Assembly: GCA_016934055.1 (NCBI GenBank)
Contig: JAFGTR010000124.1
Span: forward strand, 2,988-66,987
DNA from: Bacteroidales bacterium
GTDB lineage: Bacteria; Bacteroidota; Bacteroidia; Bacteroidales; UBA10428
Reading direction: 5' to 3'
DNA: 64,000 bases
The notes below the pieces were generated by a model. The model was given only the letters and a program-made list of their open reading frames with translations, searched no databases and was not told the DNA's origin. The position numbers and the translations under genes are program-made. Of this stretch, positions 29,497 to 38,992 are shown piece after piece; within the stretch, counting starts at the first letter, position 1; each line of letters opens with the position of its first letter.

Positions 29497-29691
29497 GATT
29501 ACAGCAAGGCGATCAAACTGATAAAGGCCGGTAAAAACATATTCACAATTGCAGTTCATTAAAATATTGTGCCAAAATAAAACCGGCATTATATTAATAT
29601 GCTGAATCATAATATTTTAACAAACAGAATAATGAACATAACCTTAAAAACACTACTTCTTTATTTCTGGTAATTAACAATTACACGATTT

Positions 29692-31791
29692 TTGCACTTT
29701 GAAAAATCTATTTTTTTTATATTTTTATATATTGGACTAATAACCTTATCCTTGAATAATCTTATTAAAGGCCGCAGAATCTGCAGGTTATTCATTTCTG
29801 TAGCAATCCTTAACCTGTTACTGACAGGTTCCGGCATAGCGCAAAATGAAGACAAAATACAAACCATTCTTGAGACATCCGATGTAAAGAAACTTGTTAA
29901 GGCTGATAAATATATAGATGATGCTGACAGGCTCATCGAAGAAGCAAATCAATTGTATCTCGAGACATTTTCAGTGCAGGGCGATTATAACCTTGATGAA
30001 AAAACCAAAGGTAAAAAAGTTGAAAAACTTGAAGAGCAGGCCCGGGGAAAAATAACCGAAGCCTCTGTATTTTACCAGAAAGGACATGAAATAAAGTATG
30101 GTGTATACAAAACCTATATTGAAAAATTCTGGTCAGATTATGAAGGAGATGGTTCGGCCTATGTAAACGCAAAACTTATTGAAGAACAATCTAATGACTT
30201 CTATTTTCAGGCATTGACAAACCGTACCGAAGCCAATAAAATGCCTGACGGCAATGAAAAAATTCAAAAGCTTAATCAGGCCACCGATCTTGAAAACCAG
30301 GCTATCGATAAACAGATTACCGCACTTGGCCTGTATTATGATATAGATCTCGAAGAAGCAACTGCTGAGGGATTACCGGCACCTGTTGATGAATATGAGC
30401 CCTATCAGGCGGAAACTCCGGTTGCAGAGCAGCCAGCGGAAATCTATCAACCTGATATTACCGGGCAGACTGAACTATCACAGCCTGATGAACACTATGA
30501 ACCTGTTGTTGAAAAAGAGCCTGAAGCTGCAAAACCGGAGGTACAATATCAACCATATGCAACCGTACAACCCGAAACTGCAACATCAGACCAGGTTGTG
30601 ATCAACCAGCAGATGATTGATATGTATAACCGTTATGTTATTTCGCAGGGCAGGCCCGAAGATTCAGTTCCCACCACAGGTTTTGCAAATGTCAGCGCTT
30701 TTGAGATCGAAAAGATCCTTGATCTGTGGAACGCTTTTCTCAGCCGGTCGGTCACAGAAGAAGCTCAACTCCCCCAACCAACTGCTGTTATTGACACAAC
30801 AGCGCCTGTTTTTGCTGAAGAAACGGCTCCGGCATTGCCGGAAATTAAGCCGGAACAGCAGGAAATCACAGAAGAACAGGTTGCAATAGTTGACAATGAA
30901 AGGCAGGCACAGCAGATCCCGTCTGATGATAAAATTATCTACCGTGTGCAAGTCGCTGCCAACAAAACCGAGCTTAGCCAGGGCGCTCTTCAGCGTATTT
31001 ATTATGGCAATAAATCTGTAGAGATGCTTGAAGAGAATGGCTGGTATAAGTATTCAGTCGGTGATTTTAACACCTATGCCGAAGCCAATAAATTCAGAAA
31101 ATCCAGTGGCGTGAAGAATGCCTTTATTGTCGCATATCGCCAGGGTAAGCGTTTTATGCCGGGAATTTCTGAAAAAACCGATTTAACGGCTGAATCAATG
31201 GCACCCACCGGTGAAGGCAATATGCCGGCAGGCCTTATATTCCGTATCCAGGTTGCAGCAGCAAGAGCACAACTGACAAAAGAACAACTTACCAGAATAT
31301 ATGCCGGTGCGTATGCCGTTGAAGTCATAGAAGAAGACGGCTGGTACAAATACCAGCTCTTTGGCGTGCGCCTTTATTCCGATGCAATAAGGATTCTGAA
31401 AGATATACCGGTGAAAGGTGCTTTTATTTCCGCTTATGAAGACGGCAACCTCACTAACCTGTATAAGGCTGTAGTTAAGAACCGTACCCTTGAAAGGACA
31501 GTTATAAGCTCCGGCCGTAAAAATCTGCGTGAAATTGAATTTCATGTGCAGCTTGCTGCCTCAAAATTTCCCATTAAACAAGATGATTTTTCACAATTGT
31601 ATTCAGGGTCCGAACCTGTGGCCCTGGTTATTGAAGATGGATGGTACAAATACCGTATCAAAGCAGGCAATTCTTATAACCTGGCAAAACAAATTAAAGC
31701 CGGATGCGGCGTTGAAAAAGCATTTATCGTTTCCTATAAACAAGCCCGGAAAATTAATCTGTATGAAGCAATTCGTAATGTCAATCCATAG
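29692..31791 (+). CDS. secreted protein with a coiled N-terminal region, an E/P/Q-rich linker and three SPOR-like (peptidoglycan-binding) repeats
   Basis: The repeat (Y/F)R(V/I)Q(V/L)AA...L...Q(L/R)IY.G...VE..EE(N/D)GWYKY...G....Y..A.......VK.AFI.(A/S)Y occurs three times. There is no in-frame ATG near the 5' end. Candidate starts are TTG 29692 or TTG 29752. The latter gives MNNLIKGRRICRLFISVAILNLLLTGSGIAQ, a good signal peptide. Confidence 0.7.
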   Translation: MHFEKSIFFIFLYIGLITLSLNNLIKGRRICRLFISVAILNLLLTGSGIAQNEDKIQTILETSDVKKLVKADKYIDDADRLIEEANQLYLETFSVQGDYNLDEKTKGKKVEKLEEQARGKITEASVFYQKGHEIKYGVYKTYIEKFWSDYEGDGSAYVNAKLIEEQSNDFYFQALTNRTEANKMPDGNEKIQKLNQATDLENQAIDKQITALGLYYDIDLEEATAEGLPAPVDEYEPYQAETPVAEQPAEIYQPDITGQTELSQPDEHYEPVVEKEPEAAKPEVQYQPYATVQPETATSDQVVINQQMIDMYNRYVISQGRPEDSVPTTGFANVSAFEIEKILDLWNAFLSRSVTEEAQLPQPTAVIDTTAPVFAEETAPALPEIKPEQQEITEEQVAIVDNERQAQQIPSDDKIIYRVQVAANKTELSQGALQRIYYGNKSVEMLEENGWYKYSVGDFNTYAEANKFRKSSGVKNAFIVAYRQGKRFMPGISEKTDLTAESMAPTGEGNMPAGLIFRIQVAAARAQLTKEQLTRIYAGAYAVEVIEEDGWYKYQLFGVRLYSDAIRILKDIPVKGAFISAYEDGNLTNLYKAVVKNRTLERTVISSGRKNLREIEFHVQLAASKFPIKQDDFSQLYSGSEPVALVIEDGWYKYRIKAGNSYNLAKQIKAGCGVEKAFIVSYKQARKINLYEAIRNVNP

Positions 31792-31823
31792 AAAAACAGA
31801 GTATAACCATTAATAAAAAGGCT

Positions 31824-32606
31824 ATGAAAATGAGTGTTAATCGAATCATCAGAATCAATGCACGAATATTGCTGATTATCGGCATTGTTTTTTCATCCTG
31901 CATTTCACAGAATAAGGTCAAACTGATTCAGGAAAGAACCACGAAGACACCAACCACCGATTTCCCTAATTCCAAGGTTACAACTTACAGACTCCAGACA
32001 GGTGATCACCTGTACATAGAGGTGTACAGTGTTGATCCTAAAACCAGCAAGTTTTTCCAGACTGATTTTCCCGACCTTATGAATCCCACTTATCTCTATC
32101 TGAAGTCATATTCAGTTGACGAGTTCGGATTTATCAACTTTTCCTTTATCGACAAAATGTATGTTAAAGGATTAACGGTGGTTGAGGTCAAAGACCTCCT
32201 GCAAAAAACCCTTAACGATTATTTCAAGGAATCAACCGTGGTGATCAAGCTGGTGAATTTTGAAGTATCGGTTATAGGTGAGGTCAATGATCCCGGCAGT
32301 TTTACCATTTACCGTGACCAGATCAACATCTTCCAGGCCATCGGTCTTGCCGGCGGATTTAAAGATTTCGGCAACCCGAAAAAGGTTAAACTGGTCAGAC
32401 AGGTGCCCACAGGATCAAACCTTGTTGAACTCGACCTGTCGGACAATAAAATACTGGAATCCCAATATTTTTATATGCAACCAAATGATGTTCTTTATAT
32501 TGAACCGCTGAATGCCAAATCAGTTGCATATCAACGATTCCCATACGAACTGCTGCTTGTAATTATTTCTACAGCAACACTTGTTTATAGTGTTTTTATT
32601 GAATAG
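31824..32606 (+). CDS. polysaccharide export protein (Wza-like; Poly_export + SLBB)
   Basis: 260-aa ORF with a signal/anchor sequence. YRLQTGDHLYIEVYS is the Poly_export motif. SVIGEVNDPGSF and NIFQAIGLAGG are also present. A C-terminal hydrophobic helix follows. Confidence 0.8.
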   Translation: MKMSVNRIIRINARILLIIGIVFSSCISQNKVKLIQERTTKTPTTDFPNSKVTTYRLQTGDHLYIEVYSVDPKTSKFFQTDFPDLMNPTYLYLKSYSVDEFGFINFSFIDKMYVKGLTVVEVKDLLQKTLNDYFKESTVVIKLVNFEVSVIGEVNDPGSFTIYRDQINIFQAIGLAGGFKDFGNPKKVKLVRQVPTGSNLVELDLSDNKILESQYFYMQPNDVLYIEPLNAKSVAYQRFPYELLLVIISTATLVYSVFIE

Positions 32607-32667
32607 TTTTGCCCATAAGTTGTATGCTCATGCCAGGCAACATCCGGTTCAATAAAACATTTTTCCG

Positions 32668-35082
32668 ATGGATGAAAGGTTTTACCAGCTCGACGAGGAT
32701 GAAACAATTGATATTAAATCATTTGTCATCAAATGCCTTCATAGCTGGCCTTATTTTATCATCATACTGGTCATTGCCTTAATTATAGCCTTTTTTATTA
32801 ATGAGTTCACATCGCCTGTCTACAGAGTCAAAACATGGGTATTAATTCGCGATGAGGAGAATCCCCTTGATCCGCAAAAGTTTGTCGGTTCATCATTGTA
32901 TGGTAATCCTTACAAGCTTGAGAACGAAATTGGCATACTGAAATCAAAGCAGTTAACTGAAAAGACCATCAATGAATTAGATTTTCTGGTTTCTTATCAT
33001 CAGGTTGAACGATTTAAATCAACGGCCTTATACAGGAACAGCCCGTTTATTGTACACTCCGACACCTTATTTCAGCAGCCTGTCAATGTTGCCTTTCATC
33101 TTCATTTTATTGCTGATACTCTTATGATCGTGGAATCAGAAGCTGAAAACGTAACTTTATACGATTATGTAAATCCCCGTAATTCATCTTATTTACAATA
33201 CTTTCAATTCTATGACACATTGTCATTCGGACAGTTTGCCGGGAACCGGTATTGCCGGTTCATGATACTGCCCAATTTCAATGAATTGTACCGCATCGGA
33301 GAACATAAAAATTATTCATTTCAGTTTAACAGTGTGGGTCAGCTTGTAAAGCAGTTCAGGAATGTTGATATTACTTCATCAAAGAGTTCATCAATTCTTG
33401 AGATCTCACTCAAATGTTCTAATGTTGAACAGGGTGTAGACTATCTTAACAGGCTCACATCACTTTACCTTCAAAAGGGTATAGAAAGAGATGACAGAAT
33501 TGCCACCACCACCCTTGCATTTATTGACGCGCAACTTGAAGATATTTCCGATTCATTAAGGTTTTCAGAAGACAGATTACAACGATTCAAAACTTCAAAA
33601 AAATTAATGAATCCCGATTTTCAGGTTCAACAGGTTTACCAGCAGATGGAAAACCTGCAAAACCAAAAAGCTCATCTTGTGGTTAAGTCAAAATATTACA
33701 ATTACCTTAAAGAATATCTTGAGAACAATACCAACATCAATGAATTAATTGCACCTTCTTCAATGGACATCAATGATCCGTTGCTGAACAGTTTAATCAT
33801 GGAACTCTCAAAACTGTCATCTGAGCGAACCGAGATGTCATTTAACACCATAAGGGATAATCCCTATTTAAGTTCACTGGAATCAAAAATAGAGGATATC
33901 AGGGCTAAACTTCTTGAAAATGTGGAGAATATAATAAAATCGTCTGCCATCTCTTTGCAGGAAATGAATACCAGAATTGCAGCCATTGAAAGTACCATCC
34001 ACAAATTACCAAAAGATCAGCGGGAGTATTTTGTCATTGAACGTAAGTTTAAATTCAATGATGCCATTTACACATATCTGCTCACAAAGCGTTCAGAAGT
34101 GCAGATATCCAAGGCATCCAATCTGCCTTCAAACGAAATTCTTGATCCGGCTGCGTATGACGATTACACGCTGATAAGCCCCAATAAACGGTTGAATTAT
34201 ATCATTGCATTGCTGCTGGGTTTGTTCGTGCCTGTTACGTTCATATACATAAAAGACTTCTTCAGAAATAAAATTGGTGACAAAAAAGATATTCAGGAAG
34301 TTACTGATGCTCCTGTCCTGGGCCATATTATTCACAATAATTATAAGACCACTACAGTCGTCAGAGATAATCCAATGTCCTTGATAGCTGAATCTTTCAG
34401 GTCATTGCGCACAAATTTTCAGTTTATCGCCGATGAAGCTGAGAAAAATATCGTACTGATCACATCGGTTATTACCGGTGAAGGAAAAAGTTTTACAGCT
34501 GTTAACCTGGGGACTGTTTTCGCACAAAATCAAAAGAAAGTCGTGGTCATTGATTTTGACCTCCGGAAATCAAAAATGGACCAGTATCTGGGCATTGAAA
34601 CAAATGAAGGTTTAAGCAATTTTCTGAGCAACCGTGCAGATCTTAATGCCATAATCTACCCATCGGGTATCGAAAACCTTGATATCATTCCCTCCGGATC
34701 TATACCCCCTAACCCCACAGAGCTTATTTCATCTGACAAAACCGCTGATCTGTTTTCCAGGCTTAAACTCACCTATGATATCATCTTTATTGACTCCCCT
34801 CCTATCGGGTTGGTTTCAGATGCTTTGTTGCTGCTAAAATATGCCAATGTCAGAATGCTGATCCTAAGGCATAATTACACCCCCAGAAACCTGTTTTCCA
34901 ATATTATGGAAGATCTGACACAACGTCATGTTAAAAATATCAACCTTATAGTCAATGATCTGAAAAGAAACATGAACGGATATGGGTACGGATATGGCTA
35001 TGCTTATGGCTACGGATATGGCAACGATGATCAGAAAAAATCAACAGGTAAACGTCTGGCCCAACTATTTACGAGCAATTAA
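32668..35082 (+). CDS. polysaccharide co-polymerase / tyrosine autokinase (Wzc/Ptk-like)
   Basis: N-terminal Wzz-type TM helix and chain-length-determinant region with a coiled coil, then a second TM. Walker A is SVITGEGKSFTAVNLG, Walker A' is VVVIDFDLRKS and Walker B is IIFIDSPPIG. C-terminal tyrosine cluster NGYGYGYGYAYGYGYG. Confidence 0.88.
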   Translation: MDERFYQLDEDETIDIKSFVIKCLHSWPYFIIILVIALIIAFFINEFTSPVYRVKTWVLIRDEENPLDPQKFVGSSLYGNPYKLENEIGILKSKQLTEKTINELDFLVSYHQVERFKSTALYRNSPFIVHSDTLFQQPVNVAFHLHFIADTLMIVESEAENVTLYDYVNPRNSSYLQYFQFYDTLSFGQFAGNRYCRFMILPNFNELYRIGEHKNYSFQFNSVGQLVKQFRNVDITSSKSSSILEISLKCSNVEQGVDYLNRLTSLYLQKGIERDDRIATTTLAFIDAQLEDISDSLRFSEDRLQRFKTSKKLMNPDFQVQQVYQQMENLQNQKAHLVVKSKYYNYLKEYLENNTNINELIAPSSMDINDPLLNSLIMELSKLSSERTEMSFNTIRDNPYLSSLESKIEDIRAKLLENVENIIKSSAISLQEMNTRIAAIESTIHKLPKDQREYFVIERKFKFNDAIYTYLLTKRSEVQISKASNLPSNEILDPAAYDDYTLISPNKRLNYIIALLLGLFVPVTFIYIKDFFRNKIGDKKDIQEVTDAPVLGHIIHNNYKTTTVVRDNPMSLIAESFRSLRTNFQFIADEAEKNIVLITSVITGEGKSFTAVNLGTVFAQNQKKVVVIDFDLRKSKMDQYLGIETNEGLSNFLSNRADLNAIIYPSGIENLDIIPSGSIPPNPTELISSDKTADLFSRLKLTYDIIFIDSPPIGLVSDALLLLKYANVRMLILRHNYTPRNLFSNIMEDLTQRHVKNINLIVNDLKRNMNGYGYGYGYAYGYGYGNDDQKKSTGKRLAQLFTSN

Positions 35083-35543
35083 CCTGTAAGTAAATCATAT
35101 GATGGAATGTCATGAAGGAATTCAAAGCCATGATTTTCCGTATTGACCTTGCAGCAAAAATGTTTGTTTCCGTTGGTTATGAGCAGATAAGGGGCATTAA
35201 ACTGCTGATTATAACGACTTGCCTGATCAAATACCTGCTGGCCAATCTCAATTGACGGCGCTTTGCATTCAGCCACCAGCAATGGATTTCCCTGACGGTC
35301 GTATACAATAAAATCACACCGGCGGACCATCCGGTTATGAACATGCTTTTTTTCAATAGAAAACAATGTAAGAGGGAAATGGCGATCGACGATCAGAAAT
35401 TTTATCATATGCTGTCTTACCCATTCTTCGGGTGTTAAGACGACAAATCTCCGTCTGATTTCATCAAAAATATATTTTTTACTGTTAACTTCCTTTATCC
35501 TGAAAAAATATGTTGGTAAATTTAAGGCCTCCATGTGGAGCAA
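35079..35543 (-). CDS. HsdR_N-like PD-(D/E)XK nuclease-fold protein (stand-alone)
   Basis: 154-aa ORF with EEWVRQHMIKFL, CDFIVYD and LLVAECKAP (a D...ExK arrangement), then ITNG. It resembles the type I restriction enzyme R-subunit N-terminal domain family. No hsdM or hsdS lies nearby. Confidence 0.6.
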   Translation of the reverse strand: MLHMEALNLPTYFFRIKEVNSKKYIFDEIRRRFVVLTPEEWVRQHMIKFLIVDRHFPLTLFSIEKKHVHNRMVRRCDFIVYDRQGNPLLVAECKAPSIEIGQQVFDQASRYNQQFNAPYLLITNGNKHFCCKVNTENHGFEFLHDIPSYDLLTG

Positions 35544-35720
35544 TTATGATTATGTTGAAAAGTTGACTTAAAGTTTACAGTTCACACTTCGCGGCATTTT
35601 CTCTGAATAAGTATGATATGGTGATCTGATAACTGTGAACTTTTATTTGGTCCTGATTCCTGGTTCCTGATTCTATTCACTAAAGATAATTAAAATACAA
35701 CTGCAGTAAACCATTTCACG

Positions 35721-36719
35721 ATGAAATACGAGCAAATTTTTTCGGAATTGAAAAACGGTCGTTACAGTCCTTTATATTTTTTTATGGGAGAAGAGCCATA
35801 TTTCATTGACCGCCTGACAGATTATATAGCAGAAAATGTTCTGACCGAAACCGAAAAAACTTTTAATCAAATGATCCTGTATGGAAAAGATACTGATATT
35901 AAAAACATCATCAATACGGCCCGGCGTTTCCCCATGATGGCACAACATCAGGTCATCATTGTAAAAGAGGCTCAGCACGTAAAAAACATCGAAGAATTAC
36001 AGCATTATATCCATCAGCCACTTGCATCAACCATACTGGTGATCAATTACAAATATAAAAAGATCGATAAACGCACCCGTTTTTTCAAGTTACTGGATGA
36101 AAAGGCAGTTGTATTCGAATCAATGAAAATACAGGACTATAAGATGCCTTCATGGATTACAGCTTATCTCCAACAAAAAAAAATTAAGATCGAGCCTAAA
36201 GCTTCTTCCATGTTAACAGATTACCTTGGCAATGATATTGGTAAAATTGTTAATGAACTTGAAAAACTTCTGTTGGTTATGCCGCAGGGATCCGGCAATA
36301 TAACAGCCCTGCAGGTAGAACAGAACATAGGAATCAGTAAGGATTATAATACATTTGAACTCAACAATGCCATGATGGCAAAAGATGTTCTTAAGGCCAA
36401 CCGTATCATAGATTATTTTGCGAAAAACCCGAAAAATAACCCGATGGTTTTAACCCTGTCTTCCCTTTTTTATCTTTTTAGCAAAGTATTGCTTTTGCAC
36501 AGCATAAAAGATAAATCACAGGATAATCTGACCAAAGCCCTGGGTATAAAACCCTTTTTTTTACGGGAGTATCAAATGGCCGCAAGAAACTATTCAATGA
36601 ATAAAGTAATCAGTATCATAGGTTTACTGAGAGAATATGATCTGAAAACAAAGGGAGCAGGCAGTATGGCATCAGAAAGTGAATTGCTGAAAGAACTGAC
36701 ATTTAAAATCATTCATTAG
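35721..36719 (+). CDS. holA: DNA polymerase III subunit delta
   Basis: 332-aa ORF. LKNGRYSPLYFFMGEEPYFIDRL is a HolA-type N-terminus. Clamp-loader delta family length and layout. Confidence 0.8.
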   Translation: MKYEQIFSELKNGRYSPLYFFMGEEPYFIDRLTDYIAENVLTETEKTFNQMILYGKDTDIKNIINTARRFPMMAQHQVIIVKEAQHVKNIEELQHYIHQPLASTILVINYKYKKIDKRTRFFKLLDEKAVVFESMKIQDYKMPSWITAYLQQKKIKIEPKASSMLTDYLGNDIGKIVNELEKLLLVMPQGSGNITALQVEQNIGISKDYNTFELNNAMMAKDVLKANRIIDYFAKNPKNNPMVLTLSSLFYLFSKVLLLHSIKDKSQDNLTKALGIKPFFLREYQMAARNYSMNKVISIIGLLREYDLKTKGAGSMASESELLKELTFKIIH

Positions 36720-36770
36720 GCTTTTTTATTGCGTGCATCGTATATTTGCACCATGTAAAATTCATTTATA

Positions 36771-37388
36771 ATGACATATATCTTAATTGCTTTTACGGTC
36801 ATCATTACCATCACAGCCTTTCGCAGGGAAGAGTGGTTTTCAAGGCTTCAGTTCAACGCTTACCAGGTATACCACCGCAAAGAGATATACCGGCTGCTGA
36901 CCCATGGATTCCTTCATGCCAGCTGGATGCACCTTATCGTGAATATGATCGTATTATTCTTTTTCGGACCTTATGTTGAAGAATACCTGAAACAGATCCT
37001 GCCCGGAAACATGCCGGGCTTAAGCCGGATTGTCTATTTTCTTTTTTATTTTGCGGCCATAATCGTTTCTTCACTGCTAAGCTTATACAAACAAAAAGAC
37101 AATGCATGGTACAATGCTGTAGGTGCATCAGGTGCTGTTTCGGCAGTACTTTTCTTTTTCATCTTTTTCAGACCCTGGGAAATGCTTTATTTTTACGGGA
37201 TTATTCCAATCCCGGGAATTATCATGGGTGTTTTGTACCTGATTTATTCTTATTATATGAGCAGAAGAGGTATAGACAACATCAACCATGACGCCCATTT
37301 CATAGGCGCTGTATTTGGATTTATCTTTCCGCTGTTCATTGACGCAAGACTGATATTATATTTCCTAAACCAGTTAAAATCAATATAA
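36771..37388 (+). CDS. rhomboid family intramembrane serine protease
   Basis: 205-aa, six-TM ORF. Contains HGFLHASWMHLIVNM, the catalytic GASGAVSAVL (GxSG) and a downstream H in NHDAHFIGAVFG. Confidence 0.8.
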   Translation: MTYILIAFTVIITITAFRREEWFSRLQFNAYQVYHRKEIYRLLTHGFLHASWMHLIVNMIVLFFFGPYVEEYLKQILPGNMPGLSRIVYFLFYFAAIIVSSLLSLYKQKDNAWYNAVGASGAVSAVLFFFIFFRPWEMLYFYGIIPIPGIIMGVLYLIYSYYMSRRGIDNINHDAHFIGAVFGFIFPLFIDARLILYFLNQLKSI

Positions 37389-37400
37389 AACAGGCAATAT

Positions 37401-38267
37401 ATGACCATTTCCGGGGGAAAGTATATTTGTTATAACGGAGACTTCATCAATGCTGCAGACAAGATCATTTCACCCAATAACCGGTCATTCCGATATGGCG
37501 ATGCCCTGTTTGAAAGCATCCGCGCCTGTGGTACCGAAGCTCAATTCCTTGATCTGCATCTCAACAGGCTTAAGCATAGTATGCAATGGCTGAAAATGAC
37601 TATCCCGGCTTATTTTACCTCTGAAAACCTATCACTTCTGATCACAAAACTCCTGAATAAGAACCGTATCTTCGGGGGTGCACGCATAAGATTGACTGTC
37701 ATTCGAAATCCGGGGGGATTATATGCCCCTGAAGATAATACTGTTTCATTTGTGCTTGAATCAGAAACCCTTGAATCGGATCATTATAGTCTTAATCCTC
37801 ATGGATTGATAATTGACCTGTATACCGAAATGCCCAAACCTGTTTACAGACTATCGTCTGTCAAAAGTACCAGTGCCTTGTTTCATGTATTGGCAGGAAT
37901 TTATAAAACTGAAAACAAACTGGATGATTGTATACTGGTTAATACAAAAGGCCATCTTGTTGAATCAATAAGTTCGAATATATTTATTCTAAGGGAAGGA
38001 CATGTATTCACGCCCGGAACTGAAGAAGGCTGTCTTCCGGGCATTATGCGTCAGGTCATCATCTCCTGTTTCCGGACGAATAACCAAAAATTCAGTGATA
38101 ATATACCATTGATGGTATCCGATCTGCTTTCTGCCGATGAAGTATTCTTCACCAATGCCATTGCAGGTATCCGGTGGGTGGGAGCATTTCGTAAAAAAAG
38201 GTATTACAGGGATTTCTCACAGAAACTTATACAGCAACTTAATCAAAAGGCTTTCGGACAACAATAG
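37401..38267 (+). CDS. class IV aminotransferase family protein (aminodeoxychorismate lyase / BCAT-like)
   Basis: 288-aa ORF with NRSFRYGDALFESIR, an N-terminal fold-type IV motif, and EGCLPGIMRQ near the C-terminus. Confidence 0.7.
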   Translation: MTISGGKYICYNGDFINAADKIISPNNRSFRYGDALFESIRACGTEAQFLDLHLNRLKHSMQWLKMTIPAYFTSENLSLLITKLLNKNRIFGGARIRLTVIRNPGGLYAPEDNTVSFVLESETLESDHYSLNPHGLIIDLYTEMPKPVYRLSSVKSTSALFHVLAGIYKTENKLDDCILVNTKGHLVESISSNIFILREGHVFTPGTEEGCLPGIMRQVIISCFRTNNQKFSDNIPLMVSDLLSADEVFFTNAIAGIRWVGAFRKKRYYRDFSQKLIQQLNQKAFGQQ

Positions 38268-38274
38268 CGGAATA

Positions 38275-38862
38275 TCAGTTCATCTGCGGATTTTCAGGAA
38301 AATTAGACCACATCTGATATTTTTGCCCCATCCTGTTAAGGGTTTTATTCCAGAAATGCTTGTTCATAGGACTCATAATCTCCTGTGGATTCAGTTCTGT
38401 AACAATCCATGCATTCTCAGCCAGCTCGCCGTCAAGCTGGTGAGCACTCCATCCTGAGTATCCGAGGAAAAAACGTATATTACCCGGCACCAGATTACCC
38501 GACTCAAGTAAACGTTTAACTATTTCAAAATCACCTGCCCAGTAAATGTTTTCAAATACCTTCACACTGTTGGGAATAATGTCACCCAGTGTGTGTATAT
38601 AATGGAGCGTATTGGTTTGCACAGGGCCACCAAGTGAAACCATGGCACCGGTTTCGGGAAAATCAGCAATAACTTCGTTAATCTTCAGATTAACAGGTTT
38701 ATTTAAAACAAATCCCACAGTCCCCTCTTCGGAATGCTCAGTGATTAAAACGATTGACCGTTTGAAGTAATTATCCAGCAGGAAAGGCTCAGAAATCAGA
38801 ATCCTTCCTTTCTGCGGTGCAAGATTCTGATCGGTACCGAAAAAATCATAATTGATTTGCAT
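38275..38862 (-). CDS. YqgE/AlgH family protein (UPF0301)
   Basis: 195-aa ORF. GRILISEPFLLDNYFKRSIVLITEHSEEGTVGFVLNKP and FLGYSGWSAHQLDGEL are typical of this family. Confidence 0.8.
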   Translation of the reverse strand: MQINYDFFGTDQNLAPQKGRILISEPFLLDNYFKRSIVLITEHSEEGTVGFVLNKPVNLKINEVIADFPETGAMVSLGGPVQTNTLHYIHTLGDIIPNSVKVFENIYWAGDFEIVKRLLESGNLVPGNIRFFLGYSGWSAHQLDGELAENAWIVTELNPQEIMSPMNKHFWNKTLNRMGQKYQMWSNFPENPQMN

Positions 38863-38992
38863 AATGCTGAATTTTTATACAGTAGTACAAAAACCATTCC
38901 ATGACAAAATCAAAGTTAGTAAAAACAAAAACTATTGTGAAATAAATAATGAGCCTGATGCGAAAAGAATAAAATTTCATAATGGCTGAAAA

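Noticed and set aside
36746-36979. 77-aa ORF overlapping the start of the rhomboid gene in another frame.
   Set aside because: The rhomboid frame (36771-37388) has the conserved catalytic motifs, and TATATTTG (a -7-box match) lies at 36741-36748. That box falls inside the alternative ORF.
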